Source of the DNA: a virus
Taxonomy: Duplodnaviria > Caudoviricetes
DNA length: 57,037 nt
IMG/VR virus record: IMGVR_UViG_3300027801_000026
Coordinates: 1-57,037 of that record
Strand: one strand, 5' to 3'
Part shown: piece after piece, positions 40,863 through 50,163 of the stretch
Layout of the letters: the number at the start of each line of letters is the position of its first letter
Numbering within the stretch: the stretch's first letter is position 1
Made by a program: the position numbers and the translations under genes
The notes under the pieces: model-generated
Database searches by the model: none
Told to the model about the DNA's origin: nothing
What the model saw: the letters and a program-made list of their open reading frames with translations, nothing else

Positions 40863-41526
40863 TACAACCACCTTTAGTTATTCCACCACATCCACAACCA
40901 CAATCTGATTTAGATTCTTTTACTGATTCTTTAAGATTTAAACTTCTTTGAGCATTTACCAACCCATCGATGAATCCTTTTAACATTTTTTTAGTTCCTG
41001 CCTCATCTCTTGCTTTAATCGGTTTTTCTAAAACTTTTACATTATTTTTTATATATTTAACAATTGCATTATCAACTGCTCCCCATCTTATTTCTGCTTC
41101 GTTTACTGATTCATTAGTCATTCCCAAACGGTCTTTCATTTGGTCTTCGGTAATTTCACCCAACTTATAGTATCGAGAAAGAATGTGTCCCATATCTTCA
41201 TATAATCCAGCCATTCTTTGGTCTAATCCTTTTGCTTCAACAGCACATTTATCAAATTGCTTACCCAACTTATCCAATTCACTCATGTTTCTCTTAACAG
41301 TATGTTTATCGAACCAATCATCACCTTCATGTATTGCAAGTGTTCTTGCTGCTTCTGTGATACCACCAAGTGTTTCTGCGATTTCTTGAAGATCAGATTT
41401 TCTATCAAGTGATTCTTGATATTTGTTGTATGTAGAAACAATTTCTAAGAAGTGTTTTTTAACTTCTAAAGAAAGAGGTCTTTTTTCCTCACTTGCTTCT
41501 TTTAATAATTGAGTTAATTTAATCAT
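40855..41526 (-). CDS. Putative prohead core/internal protein (MIKLTQLLKE leader)
   Basis: 223 aa; NESVNE and KESVKE linkers; CGCGC tail; AAGGAG SD. Confidence 0.7.
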   Translation of the reverse strand: MIKLTQLLKEASEEKRPLSLEVKKHFLEIVSTYNKYQESLDRKSDLQEIAETLGGITEAARTLAIHEGDDWFDKHTVKRNMSELDKLGKQFDKCAVEAKGLDQRMAGLYEDMGHILSRYYKLGEITEDQMKDRLGMTNESVNEAEIRWGAVDNAIVKYIKNNVKVLEKPIKARDEAGTKKMLKGFIDGLVNAQRSLNLKESVKESKSDCGCGCGGITKGGCNG

Positions 41527-41536
41527 GGGATTCTCC

Positions 41537-42748
41537 TTAAAATAATTTTTTTAATTTAGTGTCTTTATAAGTATCAGCGTAATACCACTTCTTATCTTTC
41601 ATATTATATAAATATACAAATTCAGCACCATTCTTACTATCAGCAGCTTTTAGATATGATTCAACATCTTTAGAATCACCTTTTTGTGGTTGTCCACTTT
41701 TATAGTATTCAATATCCTTATCATTAAAGATTCCTCTTGCTCCACCCATCTTGATTAGTTTAAGAACATCTTTATCATTTTTCATGTGATGTTTTAAACC
41801 TTTTTTCATATTTGATGGATAACCATCGTAGTGAACATATGCAGATATAATTTTACCGTTACTACCAATCACACCAACTTGAGAACGAGTTCCTTCGTTA
41901 ATTTGAATTGATTCAGGTATCATATCTGATATAGATGTTGTTGATTCATTCTTCTCATCGAAGATTGATTGTATTTTTGCTGCTAATTTATGTGAACCAT
42001 TCATTTTCAAATCAAATGCAATTGCATCTATTGATTCTTGACCATCCCAAGATGATTCTCCAGTTGCTGAATGAGCGATATCATCAGTACCCTCACTTGA
42101 ATCACCAAATGATGAACCCCATGCCGTATCTTTTTTCCATTCATCATATTCATCTGTGAACATTTCCGGTTTGTTTGGGTCATCTGAAGGATTCTTAGCA
42201 AGTTCAGGATTATCTTCTAAAACTGCAATAAGAGCTCTTGATTCAGAGTGAAAGTTTGCATCTGTTAAAGCTTCAACAGCTGCTTGAGACATTCTTTTTT
42301 CATATTCTTCTTTACCTAACTTACTTGGTGATACTCCTAAACTTTGTGCTTTTTTACGAACAACTTTGTTTACTTGAGGATTACCAGCTCTTGGTTTAGA
42401 TGGTTCTGATGTAGGTTCATCATTCTTCTTAGGTTCTTCTTTTTCCGGTTTATCAAAGATGTTCACTTTAGGAACATCTTTACCGGCAGAAGGTTCATCA
42501 CCTCCCTTCGCTGCTTTTTGCTTGTTATGAGTCCCTGCTTTTATTGCAGAATCTCGTGATTCTTTAGATTTGAAAACAGATACCACACCACTATCTTTAT
42601 TGATAGCAGTAAATGATTCAGCTTCTTGTAAAGCTTTTTTTGCTTGATAAGCAGTTCTTACACTATCTAATGTAGGTAGTGCATCACCAATTTGTCTATT
42701 TTCGAAACCTGGTGATGATTCATTTAGTAAATCTGTTAGTTTAATCAT
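41537..42748 (-). CDS. Putative internal head polyprotein (MIKLTDLLNE leader; C-terminal GTRS...HYDGYP domain)
   Basis: Likely start ATG 42748; linkers ALQE, KNES and ESIQINE. Confidence 0.7.
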   Translation of the reverse strand: MIKLTDLLNESSPGFENRQIGDALPTLDSVRTAYQAKKALQEAESFTAINKDSGVVSVFKSKESRDSAIKAGTHNKQKAAKGGDEPSAGKDVPKVNIFDKPEKEEPKKNDEPTSEPSKPRAGNPQVNKVVRKKAQSLGVSPSKLGKEEYEKRMSQAAVEALTDANFHSESRALIAVLEDNPELAKNPSDDPNKPEMFTDEYDEWKKDTAWGSSFGDSSEGTDDIAHSATGESSWDGQESIDAIAFDLKMNGSHKLAAKIQSIFDEKNESTTSISDMIPESIQINEGTRSQVGVIGSNGKIISAYVHYDGYPSNMKKGLKHHMKNDKDVLKLIKMGGARGIFNDKDIEYYKSGQPQKGDSKDVESYLKAADSKNGAEFVYLYNMKDKKWYYADTYKDTKLKKLF

Positions 42749-42752
42749 TTTG

Positions 42753-42956
42753 TTATTTCCTTTTATTTTTTCCTTCAACGATAATTTTTTTACTTGTATA
42801 TCTATCAAGTTTGCCGTCTTTAGTAAGTTTTACTTCATAATTAGTTTTACGAATATCATTGTGGCCACCCTTATAAGGAGAGTCACCAATTGCCTTCTCA
42901 TGTTTACCTAATTCTATCTTATTATTTTTAAGATAATCTTGAATGCTAAATGCCAT
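42753..42956 (-). CDS. Small hypothetical protein
   Basis: 67 aa, tightly packed after the protease gene. Confidence 0.65.
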   Translation of the reverse strand: MAFSIQDYLKNNKIELGKHEKAIGDSPYKGGHNDIRKTNYEVKLTKDGKLDRYTSKKIIVEGKNKRK

Positions 42957-42963
42957 AATTCTT

Positions 42964-43557
42964 TTAATTTAATTCTGTTATAATTTCTCTCATCAAATCT
43001 TGTGATTTACAATACTCATTACAAACCAAAGTTTGTTTTTGTAATTGTTTGGTCACAGATTCGTTCATTGGAGTCATAAATGCACCATGAGTTGATGGAT
43101 TAGAAACGAAATCCCAACCTATCAATTCAAAATCTTCACCTACTTTAACTTTTCCTTCTCCTATATTAACAACTGAACCCATTCCTCTTGAAGATATTCC
43201 AAGAAGGATTCCTGCCTTTAATAATTCTTTTAGTATATTTCCACTTGGAGTTGGTAATATCTCAACAGTACCTACTAAATCATCATTATCCCAATGAATC
43301 TCTCTTACGTTATGAGAAACATTCTTTAAATTGATTACCGAAGAATCTGGATGGTCTAATTCACCAAGAGCTCTTCTCTCTGTAATAAGTTGTTCGTATT
43401 TTTTGGCTTCTCTTTCTAAGATTTCTCTTGGATAGACTCTACCATTTTGATTTTCTGCACCTGCTCTTTGTAAAATACCTTTAACGATAGTTCTTCCGCT
43501 ATCATCTTCTTTTACTTTACCTTCGAACAGTCTTGTTTCTATTAATAAATTATTCAT
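42964..43557 (-). CDS. Prohead protease (gp21-like)
   Basis: NQNGRVY, GELDHP, VSH, GISSRGMGS and DFVSNPS motifs. Start 43557 via a TAATG overlap. Confidence 0.95.
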   Translation of the reverse strand: MNNLLIETRLFEGKVKEDDSGRTIVKGILQRAGAENQNGRVYPREILEREAKKYEQLITERRALGELDHPDSSVINLKNVSHNVREIHWDNDDLVGTVEILPTPSGNILKELLKAGILLGISSRGMGSVVNIGEGKVKVGEDFELIGWDFVSNPSTHGAFMTPMNESVTKQLQKQTLVCNEYCKSQDLMREIITELN

Positions 43558-43733
43558 TATGCTCCCCAACTTTTACGTTTTTTAAACAAATCAAAAAAGA
43601 TTGCTGAAACTTCTGTACGAATCATTTTTCTGATTGTATCCTCATCGGATTCAGATAATTCTTCGCTGATGTTCCCTAACTTAACGTTATGGATTTCTTC
43701 ATCAATTATTTCTAACAATTCTCTTTTGGTCAT
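43557..43733 (-). CDS. 58-aa hypothetical protein missed by the ORF track
   Basis: MTKRELLEIIDEEIHNVKLGNISEELSESDEDTIRKMIRTEVSAIFFDLFKKRKSWGA; fills the gap exactly and is coupled to the protease start. Confidence 0.75.
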   Translation of the reverse strand: MTKRELLEIIDEEIHNVKLGNISEELSESDEDTIRKMIRTEVSAIFFDLFKKRKSWGA

Positions 43734-43743
43734 TATATTATTA

Positions 43744-44295
43744 TTATCCGATTTTCTTTAAAGAATGAGTATGTGTTGCAACCCAATCCTGTCCTTTTAA
43801 TCCTGCCATTGATGCAGCTTTCTTAATTGCTTCAACAGTATTTCTTGCTTTTACTTTATACTTATTCTTCTTAGATAATTTAACACCATTAAGATTCATA
43901 TCTGCGAAACTCATTTCCCACATTCCAAATCCTTCTTTGATTACTGATTCTTTAACTTCTTCTTTCGTATCATCATCTTTTTTATTTTTAGCTAACATTT
44001 TTTCAAATGCTGCCTTCTGTGCAGGTGATTGAGCTTCTTCAACTTTAACAGTTTCATCAGCAGAACCAAACGTGGGGTGTGTTCCGTTTCCTCTACCAAA
44101 TCGTTCGTTCTTTTCTCCTTTACCTTTCCAAGTTTTTTCAATATTATTAAAGAATGCCTTTTTTTCGTCATCAGACATTTTAGGAATTGATTTTCCTGCC
44201 TTATCTAACGCCTTTTTAAAGAACTCTTGATATTCGGATTCTTCTATCATAGTTTCTCTAACTATGTTTTTGAAATTTTCTCTAGTTATTTTCAT
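43744..44295 (-). CDS. Putative internal head protein
   Basis: MKITRENFKNIVRE leader; KVEE and KESVIKE linkers. Confidence 0.65.
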   Translation of the reverse strand: MKITRENFKNIVRETMIEESEYQEFFKKALDKAGKSIPKMSDDEKKAFFNNIEKTWKGKGEKNERFGRGNGTHPTFGSADETVKVEEAQSPAQKAAFEKMLAKNKKDDDTKEEVKESVIKEGFGMWEMSFADMNLNGVKLSKKNKYKVKARNTVEAIKKAASMAGLKGQDWVATHTHSLKKIG

Positions 44296-45071
44296 TTTTC
44301 TATCTCCTGTATGGTTCTGGCGATATTAATCAATCGCTCCTTTATCTTATAAATATGTTTATTTGTTCTTTTCCAATAATCTGATGAATCTAATTCATTC
44401 ATTGTTTTAATTTTGTTATACCAATTGAAAAACTTTTGAGTTTCAGCTAACTGATATTTTAGTTCTTTTAAACCCATTGCCATCTTCTTATGAGGATGTT
44501 TGGTTTCATCATTTTTTATTGCTAACCAACGATTTACTGGTCTTTTTACTTTAGCTTCGTTTACTGATTCTAATATCTTAGAGTTTTTTTCTATTGAAAG
44601 AATAACATTTTTTTCTCGTCTAATAGATATTCCTTTGAATGTCGATTTATTAAAATATTTATTCTGTCCACTTTGATAAGCCGCTAAAACATCATGGTGT
44701 GCAAATACACCACCTGGTATATTATATATGATAGTTCCTTTAGGTAATATTACATTCGTATAATCACCGATTCGTACACCCTTAACATCTCTTTTTAATT
44801 GGTACTTTCTATTATCTAAACCATATGTCCCACCACTCATAGTACCTGAGTTTGGTCTGAAAGATGCTTCGTTTACCTTACCAACTAATTTCATTCCAAG
44901 TTGAGTAGCTATTTTCTTCTTTTTATTCTTATCCTTACTACCATTATCAGAAAAAGCCTTAGGCGTAGAATAACCACTAACGTTTCCAGAAGTGGTTGAT
45001 TCATCTATCTCCTTTTCAATTTCTTGAATAAGTTCTGATATGTATTTATTTAGATTTTTGTCCATTGACAT
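44292..45071 (-). CDS. Putative prohead core protein with an inserted module
   Basis: IDE-STTSGNVSGYSTPKAF motif; VNEA...ESVNEA flank a ~100-aa insert. Confidence 0.65.
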   Translation of the reverse strand: MSMDKNLNKYISELIQEIEKEIDESTTSGNVSGYSTPKAFSDNGSKDKNKKKKIATQLGMKLVGKVNEASFRPNSGTMSGGTYGLDNRKYQLKRDVKGVRIGDYTNVILPKGTIIYNIPGGVFAHHDVLAAYQSGQNKYFNKSTFKGISIRREKNVILSIEKNSKILESVNEAKVKRPVNRWLAIKNDETKHPHKKMAMGLKELKYQLAETQKFFNWYNKIKTMNELDSSDYWKRTNKHIYKIKERLINIARTIQEIEK

Positions 45072-45918
45072 TTTTTATTTCCTTGATGAGTTCATAAGAT
45101 AACATTAATGCCGAAACTTGTTCATCTAAAATCTTCTTACCAACTTTTTGTTTTTTCAAAACATTGATGGTTTCTCTAAGTTTGATTTTAGTAATCTTAT
45201 CTTTCATTGATTGATACATCGAATGGAGTTCTGTGATGGTTTTTACTAATTCTTTAGAAAAGTATTCACCAAATTTAGAAGTGTTTGATACATTATTAAT
45301 ATATTCTCTTAACAATCCCTTTTGGTCAGAATTTAAATTAGTATATTTCTTATTAAATGATTCAGTTAGAATTTTAAAAGTAAGTAATCTTAAATCCTTT
45401 TCTTGTTTCTTATAATCTTCAATTAACCTATCTTCTTTTTCCTTTAAAGTAGTAACTTTAGTTGAGATGTGTTCTACAAGAGTAAACTTGGAATCAAATA
45501 CATCCTTTACATCAGTAACGTTTATTGCCTTTGCTTCAAATAACTTATGAATAGAAGCTAAAATCTTATAATTAGTAACAGGAGATGACATGAAATTATC
45601 AATATCTAATGTTTCCTTAATTACTTTAACAAGATTGTACTTTTCTCGTTTAAGTTTAGTATAATCCAATCGTGTGTGGGCCTCTAATATAGCATCAATA
45701 TACTTCTCCGCTTTGGCCTCCGAATTATACTTTTCATTGATCAATAGATTAAAAAGTCTTAGTTCTTTTGCCAGCTCACTTTTGCCTGCAAAGAATTCTT
45801 TTATGATTTCCTTCGATTTTTCTTCTGAACCATTTAACACTTCAAGTGTTATTTGTTTTGTTAGAAGCTCGAATAGAAACCCTGTGTTTTTAAATTTAGA
45901 GTGTCTTATTTTTTTCAT
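45046..45918 (-). CDS. Conserved head-morphogenesis hypothetical protein
   Basis: HSKFKNTGFLFELL N-terminus; helical; directly after the portal gene. Confidence 0.7.
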   Translation of the reverse strand: MKKIRHSKFKNTGFLFELLTKQITLEVLNGSEEKSKEIIKEFFAGKSELAKELRLFNLLINEKYNSEAKAEKYIDAILEAHTRLDYTKLKREKYNLVKVIKETLDIDNFMSSPVTNYKILASIHKLFEAKAINVTDVKDVFDSKFTLVEHISTKVTTLKEKEDRLIEDYKKQEKDLRLLTFKILTESFNKKYTNLNSDQKGLLREYINNVSNTSKFGEYFSKELVKTITELHSMYQSMKDKITKIKLRETINVLKKQKVGKKILDEQVSALMLSYELIKEIKNVNGQKSK

Positions 45919-45988
45919 TTGATATTATTCCAATTTTGATATGGTAAATATTATATCCTATTATAAATATAAAAATATAAAAGATAAA

Positions 45989-47722
45989 TTAATTTTCCGT
46001 ATCTTCGAGGATATTGTCCTCATTTAACATGTCTGTGTCTTCGTGTAAATACTTTCGTTTTGATGAAATTCCATTGATATATTTCAATGCCGTGTCTTCG
46101 GAAGTTCGAGTACGTTTCGATGTTCTTTCTTTATCACCAAGTGGATCTCTACCTAATGGGTGCTTATCTTTCCCATATGTACCACCTTCTCTTGGTCTTC
46201 CACCTTTATTCTTAATCTCTTGTTTTATTTTTTCAATTGATTCTTCAATATCATCTGGTTCTTCATCTTCGGTTGCAGGGTCATTACCCTCATCTTCAAT
46301 AGAACGGAAACGGAATCGATCTTTCAAATCATCTAACATTCTAACTCTCTGTACATCTTGTTCTCCACCACTTAGTTTAAATATGTTTTCATATACCCAA
46401 TCTTTGGATAACATATTCAATCCTTGTATATCTTGAGCCAATCTAACTTTCTCACTCCACAAGTTTACTTTTTCTTGTTCGTATATTGTAGATGGATTAA
46501 CTAATGATAAACTAAAGTTAGTCATTTCTGAATCTTGTATTCCTTGTGCATATAAATGAACGATTGCAATTTTAGATAATTCTGAAACTACTGTTCTCTG
46601 TATTCTTTCAATTGTTCTTGCGAATCTTACATCCTCTGCTGCTAATGTTGCTTTACCATTTACATTTTCTTCATATCCCAAATATGCTCTTGGAATTTTT
46701 AATGCTGCAAACATTTTGTTTTTTAAGTAATCAATATCTTCAATAGATGCATATTCCATTCCTGCAAGATTATCAATACTTGTACCACTATCACCACCAC
46801 GAACAGGAAGATAGAAATCTTCTGTTAGGTTTTGCATATTGTATTTTAAGTTATAGTCACCGGTATTCTTATCAACAAAAGGAACTTTCTTCATCTTGTT
46901 AATAATTCTTTGCATATAGTTATCAACTTCCGTTGGAGGAATGTTACCGATATCAATTTTGAAAACTCTCTTTTCAGGTGCTCTCATAATTCTATGGATT
47001 AACATTGCATCTTCCATAAGAGATAATTGTTTCCACAATCTTCTCCCATTTTCAATCATTGATTTTCCATATGGTAACCAGTTTGTATCTGCTAATAATC
47101 TAAAATGTGCTATTTCAAAGTTTTCGTATTCTTCTTTACCATTCGGGTCTTCGGTAATTTTAAACTTAACTGAATTTGGATTAGTAGGGTCTGTTCTTTC
47201 TAATCGTTCTGTGTTGTAAACAGAATGTGGAGTAACATTTACAATACCCTTTCCATCTGCCACTTCTAAACCTAAGAAGAAATCACCATACTTACACATA
47301 TTTCTTACCCATGGCCATAAGTTGAATTCAACATTAAGGATATCATAGAATAAGTTATCAAGAACATCTTTTACTTTTTCGTTATCCGAGTGAACCATTA
47401 AAGTATCACCGAATTCGTTTTTTAATGTAGATTCATCTGCATATATATCAAGTGCCGAAGCTAATATAGGATCATTATCCATTGCATCGTAATCTCTAAA
47501 AACTTCTCTACGAACTTGTTGGTATGCCATTGATTGGGCACCACCTGCTTGCTCGAAGAACGATTTTTGTATCTTCGTATATCTATCTCTTAGAGAGGAT
47601 AGATTTGTTTGTTGTCTTTCATCACCGTCAAAAACTTTTCTTTTACCATCTTTGTCAATCGTTACGATTGCCGTAGTACGGAAGAGTTTTGTTAGACGTC
47701 CAAAAAATGAAGTATCTGCCAT
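45989..47722 (-). CDS. Portal protein (gp20-like)
   Basis: LMEDAMLIHRIMRAPEKRVFKIDIGN and EDFYLPVRG motifs. Confidence 0.95.
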   Translation of the reverse strand: MADTSFFGRLTKLFRTTAIVTIDKDGKRKVFDGDERQQTNLSSLRDRYTKIQKSFFEQAGGAQSMAYQQVRREVFRDYDAMDNDPILASALDIYADESTLKNEFGDTLMVHSDNEKVKDVLDNLFYDILNVEFNLWPWVRNMCKYGDFFLGLEVADGKGIVNVTPHSVYNTERLERTDPTNPNSVKFKITEDPNGKEEYENFEIAHFRLLADTNWLPYGKSMIENGRRLWKQLSLMEDAMLIHRIMRAPEKRVFKIDIGNIPPTEVDNYMQRIINKMKKVPFVDKNTGDYNLKYNMQNLTEDFYLPVRGGDSGTSIDNLAGMEYASIEDIDYLKNKMFAALKIPRAYLGYEENVNGKATLAAEDVRFARTIERIQRTVVSELSKIAIVHLYAQGIQDSEMTNFSLSLVNPSTIYEQEKVNLWSEKVRLAQDIQGLNMLSKDWVYENIFKLSGGEQDVQRVRMLDDLKDRFRFRSIEDEGNDPATEDEEPDDIEESIEKIKQEIKNKGGRPREGGTYGKDKHPLGRDPLGDKERTSKRTRTSEDTALKYINGISSKRKYLHEDTDMLNEDNILEDTEN

Positions 47723-47756
47723 TTGTATTTATTTATTTAATTTATAACCTTTATTA

Positions 47757-47806
47757 TTACCATTTTCTACAAGATATTTTATCTTGATGTTTGTCAATGA
47801 TATCAT
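47757..47806 (-). pseudogene. Possible internally deleted gene remnant (MISLTNI... / ...SCRKW*)
   Basis: After the promoter motif (47825-47833), an ATG gives MISLTNI; another frame reads SCRKW-stop 50 nt on. Confidence 0.4.
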
Positions 47807-47845
47807 ACTTATTTTCTTCTATACTATAAATATAGATTTATTCAA

Positions 47846-49450
47846 TTAATCCTTTTTCTTAGTATCTAGTAACCAACTTAGGTCTTCTTCGTGTTCACCT
47901 ATTCTCATTTTCCATGGATTTTCATCCATAGAAGTGTTACCACCAAACCCACCTTCGAATCCCGCAGTTGATTGTCCTATTCCACCCAAAGTTTGTTTAG
48001 TTAAATCAATTCCTTCTTGTCTTAATCTTAATGCAGTATCACGTACCCACAATCCGATTGATAATGCCATCGTTAAATCATCATTATATCCTCTCATTGC
48101 TTCTGCCCTATTACCATGCCATATAAATGTAAACAATTCATCTATCATTCGTGTGGAACGTATAGTTACCGATTTTTCTCTGATATATTGTTCTAATTTA
48201 GATATAATAAGTGGTCTTGTTTTGGAAGTTGTTGAAAAACCAGGGACCATACCTCGTTCTTCTGCTCTGTATTTATTATGTAATTGATTTTCCACATCTA
48301 CATACTTTAAATCCTTACTCATATAGAATAAGTTCTGATATCCTCTATCAATTACTTGTTGAATTACTGCCCAACCAATATTAGCGTTTTCAATTACCAA
48401 TAATGCTTGATTATATTCAGTTGCAAGTGCTACCAAGAAATTTCCGAAATCTTTTGTATCTAACTTCCCTTTATATTCAGCAACTTGGGTTGAGGCCTCA
48501 ATATCAATCACGTGACAGGTGGAAAAATCACCCCCATCACCACGAGCAACATCAGCAACAACCATATATCCTCTATTGTAATTTGGATATTCCCATTTCC
48601 AAAGATTACCATCAAAACCAGTCTTTTCAATTGGTTCTTGACAATAAGTTTCTTTATAAAACATTAAAAGTTGTGGGTCTATTACAGTATCACCAGAAGA
48701 TACGAAATCACAATCACATTCTTGAGCCGCTCCTTTTGGTCCTAATAAAACTTCTTGTTCATCTCTCCATGCTTGATCTCTTTCAGGATGAATCGACCAA
48801 TGTAATCTGATATTATTAAATGTATTTGTTCCTTCTTCAGAACCTACCCATATTTTGTGGAAAAAGTTCCCAACACCATTTGGAGTAGAAAGAATAATTG
48901 CATTACCACCCGTTGATAAGGTAGATTGAGCCGAAACCCATATATCCTCAATTTTATCAATGAATCCCGCTTCGTCAAAGACCAAAAGTGATAGTGCTTC
49001 AGAACGCCCTGCATCCGATGCGGCTGAAGTTGCTTTAATCTGAGAACCATTTGAATATCTTAAAGATAATTTGTTATCTTCTACTGTGTTTTGTTTTAAC
49101 CACGAGGGTAAATATTGATTCATCACTCTAACCTTCGTTACAAGGTTCTTTGCAACTTCTTGCTTGGTTGCAATTACTAATACGTTAAAATCTTGGTTAA
49201 ATAACATCTTCCAAAGTGAAAATCCAGCAGTTAAGGTTGAAATACCTGTTTGTCGAGATTTTAGGATAATATTATATCTGTGTTTTGTAAATTCTTCAAC
49301 TGTTCTTTCTTGGAACTGATATAAATGGAATGGAATTTTACCACGTACAGGATGCTGTATCATACAATACTTCTTCATGAAATATGCCGGATCTGATGCA
49401 CATTTCTGATATTCAAGTTTTATTATATCCTTGAGTGATTGTTTGGCCAT
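47846..49450 (-). CDS. Terminase large subunit (gp17-like)
   Basis: KSRQTGIST Walker A, LLVFDEA Walker B, STPNG, ADVARG and DDL nuclease motifs. Confidence 0.95.
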   Translation of the reverse strand: MAKQSLKDIIKLEYQKCASDPAYFMKKYCMIQHPVRGKIPFHLYQFQERTVEEFTKHRYNIILKSRQTGISTLTAGFSLWKMLFNQDFNVLVIATKQEVAKNLVTKVRVMNQYLPSWLKQNTVEDNKLSLRYSNGSQIKATSAASDAGRSEALSLLVFDEAGFIDKIEDIWVSAQSTLSTGGNAIILSTPNGVGNFFHKIWVGSEEGTNTFNNIRLHWSIHPERDQAWRDEQEVLLGPKGAAQECDCDFVSSGDTVIDPQLLMFYKETYCQEPIEKTGFDGNLWKWEYPNYNRGYMVVADVARGDGGDFSTCHVIDIEASTQVAEYKGKLDTKDFGNFLVALATEYNQALLVIENANIGWAVIQQVIDRGYQNLFYMSKDLKYVDVENQLHNKYRAEERGMVPGFSTTSKTRPLIISKLEQYIREKSVTIRSTRMIDELFTFIWHGNRAEAMRGYNDDLTMALSIGLWVRDTALRLRQEGIDLTKQTLGGIGQSTAGFEGGFGGNTSMDENPWKMRIGEHEEDLSWLLDTKKKD

Positions 49451-49452
49451 TG

Positions 49453-50163
49453 TTACTTCTTTTTCTTCTTAAATGAAATTTTCCAATAAATAGAACCACC
49501 AATATATGGAGTTACTGTGTTGTTTACATTTAATGCACCAACATCGAGACCCCACATTTTATCTTTTTTATCTTTATATAATATACCAATTTTCGCTTGG
49601 TTTAAGAAATTGGTTTTGTCAAAAGCTGCACCGATTCCATAATAGAATTTTCGTTTAGGTAATTCTTTTACTACCGTTGTGTTGTATATTGTAGGGATTT
49701 TAAAATTCCATACAACATCTCTACTTATTATTTTGTTTTGAGTTATGGTATCTGTAATGATACCGAATCCTAAAGTTGGGTTGGGTTTTGTGCCCAATGA
49801 ATCGATAGTAATATCAGGATCAAAATCATATGTCAACTGCAATGTATCCTTTACTTTATATTTTGTAAAATAGTTTTTGATAATCTGTAATGAATCGACA
49901 TTTGCAGGAATCTCCACAATCACATTTTTTATTTTAGTAATGTACTTAGGAATATATGTAGGAACTTCAACACGTTTTTCTACGAATACCGTATCTACCG
50001 TATGTTTAATCAATTCAAATTTCTTACCATCTACTTTTACGATATCTTTATCGGCAATAGTATCTCCACCACCACAAGACCTCATTAGTAATACAACGAT
50101 TATCAATCCTACAATTAATATCTCTTTGAAATATTTTTGTAATATGTTAAATATAATGCTCAT
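49453..50163 (-). CDS. Membrane/lipoprotein, possible spanin-like lysis protein
   Basis: N-terminal hydrophobic helix ending LLMRSC; DT-rich segments; C-terminal amphipathic beta strands ending YWKISF. Confidence 0.5.
   Translation of the reverse strand: MSIIFNILQKYFKEILIVGLIIVVLLMRSCGGGDTIADKDIVKVDGKKFELIKHTVDTVFVEKRVEVPTYIPKYITKIKNVIVEIPANVDSLQIIKNYFTKYKVKDTLQLTYDFDPDITIDSLGTKPNPTLGFGIITDTITQNKIISRDVVWNFKIPTIYNTTVVKELPKRKFYYGIGAAFDKTNFLNQAKIGILYKDKKDKMWGLDVGALNVNNTVTPYIGGSIYWKISFKKKKK

Noticed and set aside
42749-42808. Extended starts in the ORF track (42808, 43569, 40871, 35335, 55819)
   Set aside because: They overlap upstream genes or terminators; downstream ATGs give coupled starts or the shared leader motifs.
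48844-49050. 68-aa minus-strand ORF inside the terminase gene
   Set aside because: Alternate-frame ORF within a conserved ATPase region; the terminase is intact with no intron or intein.
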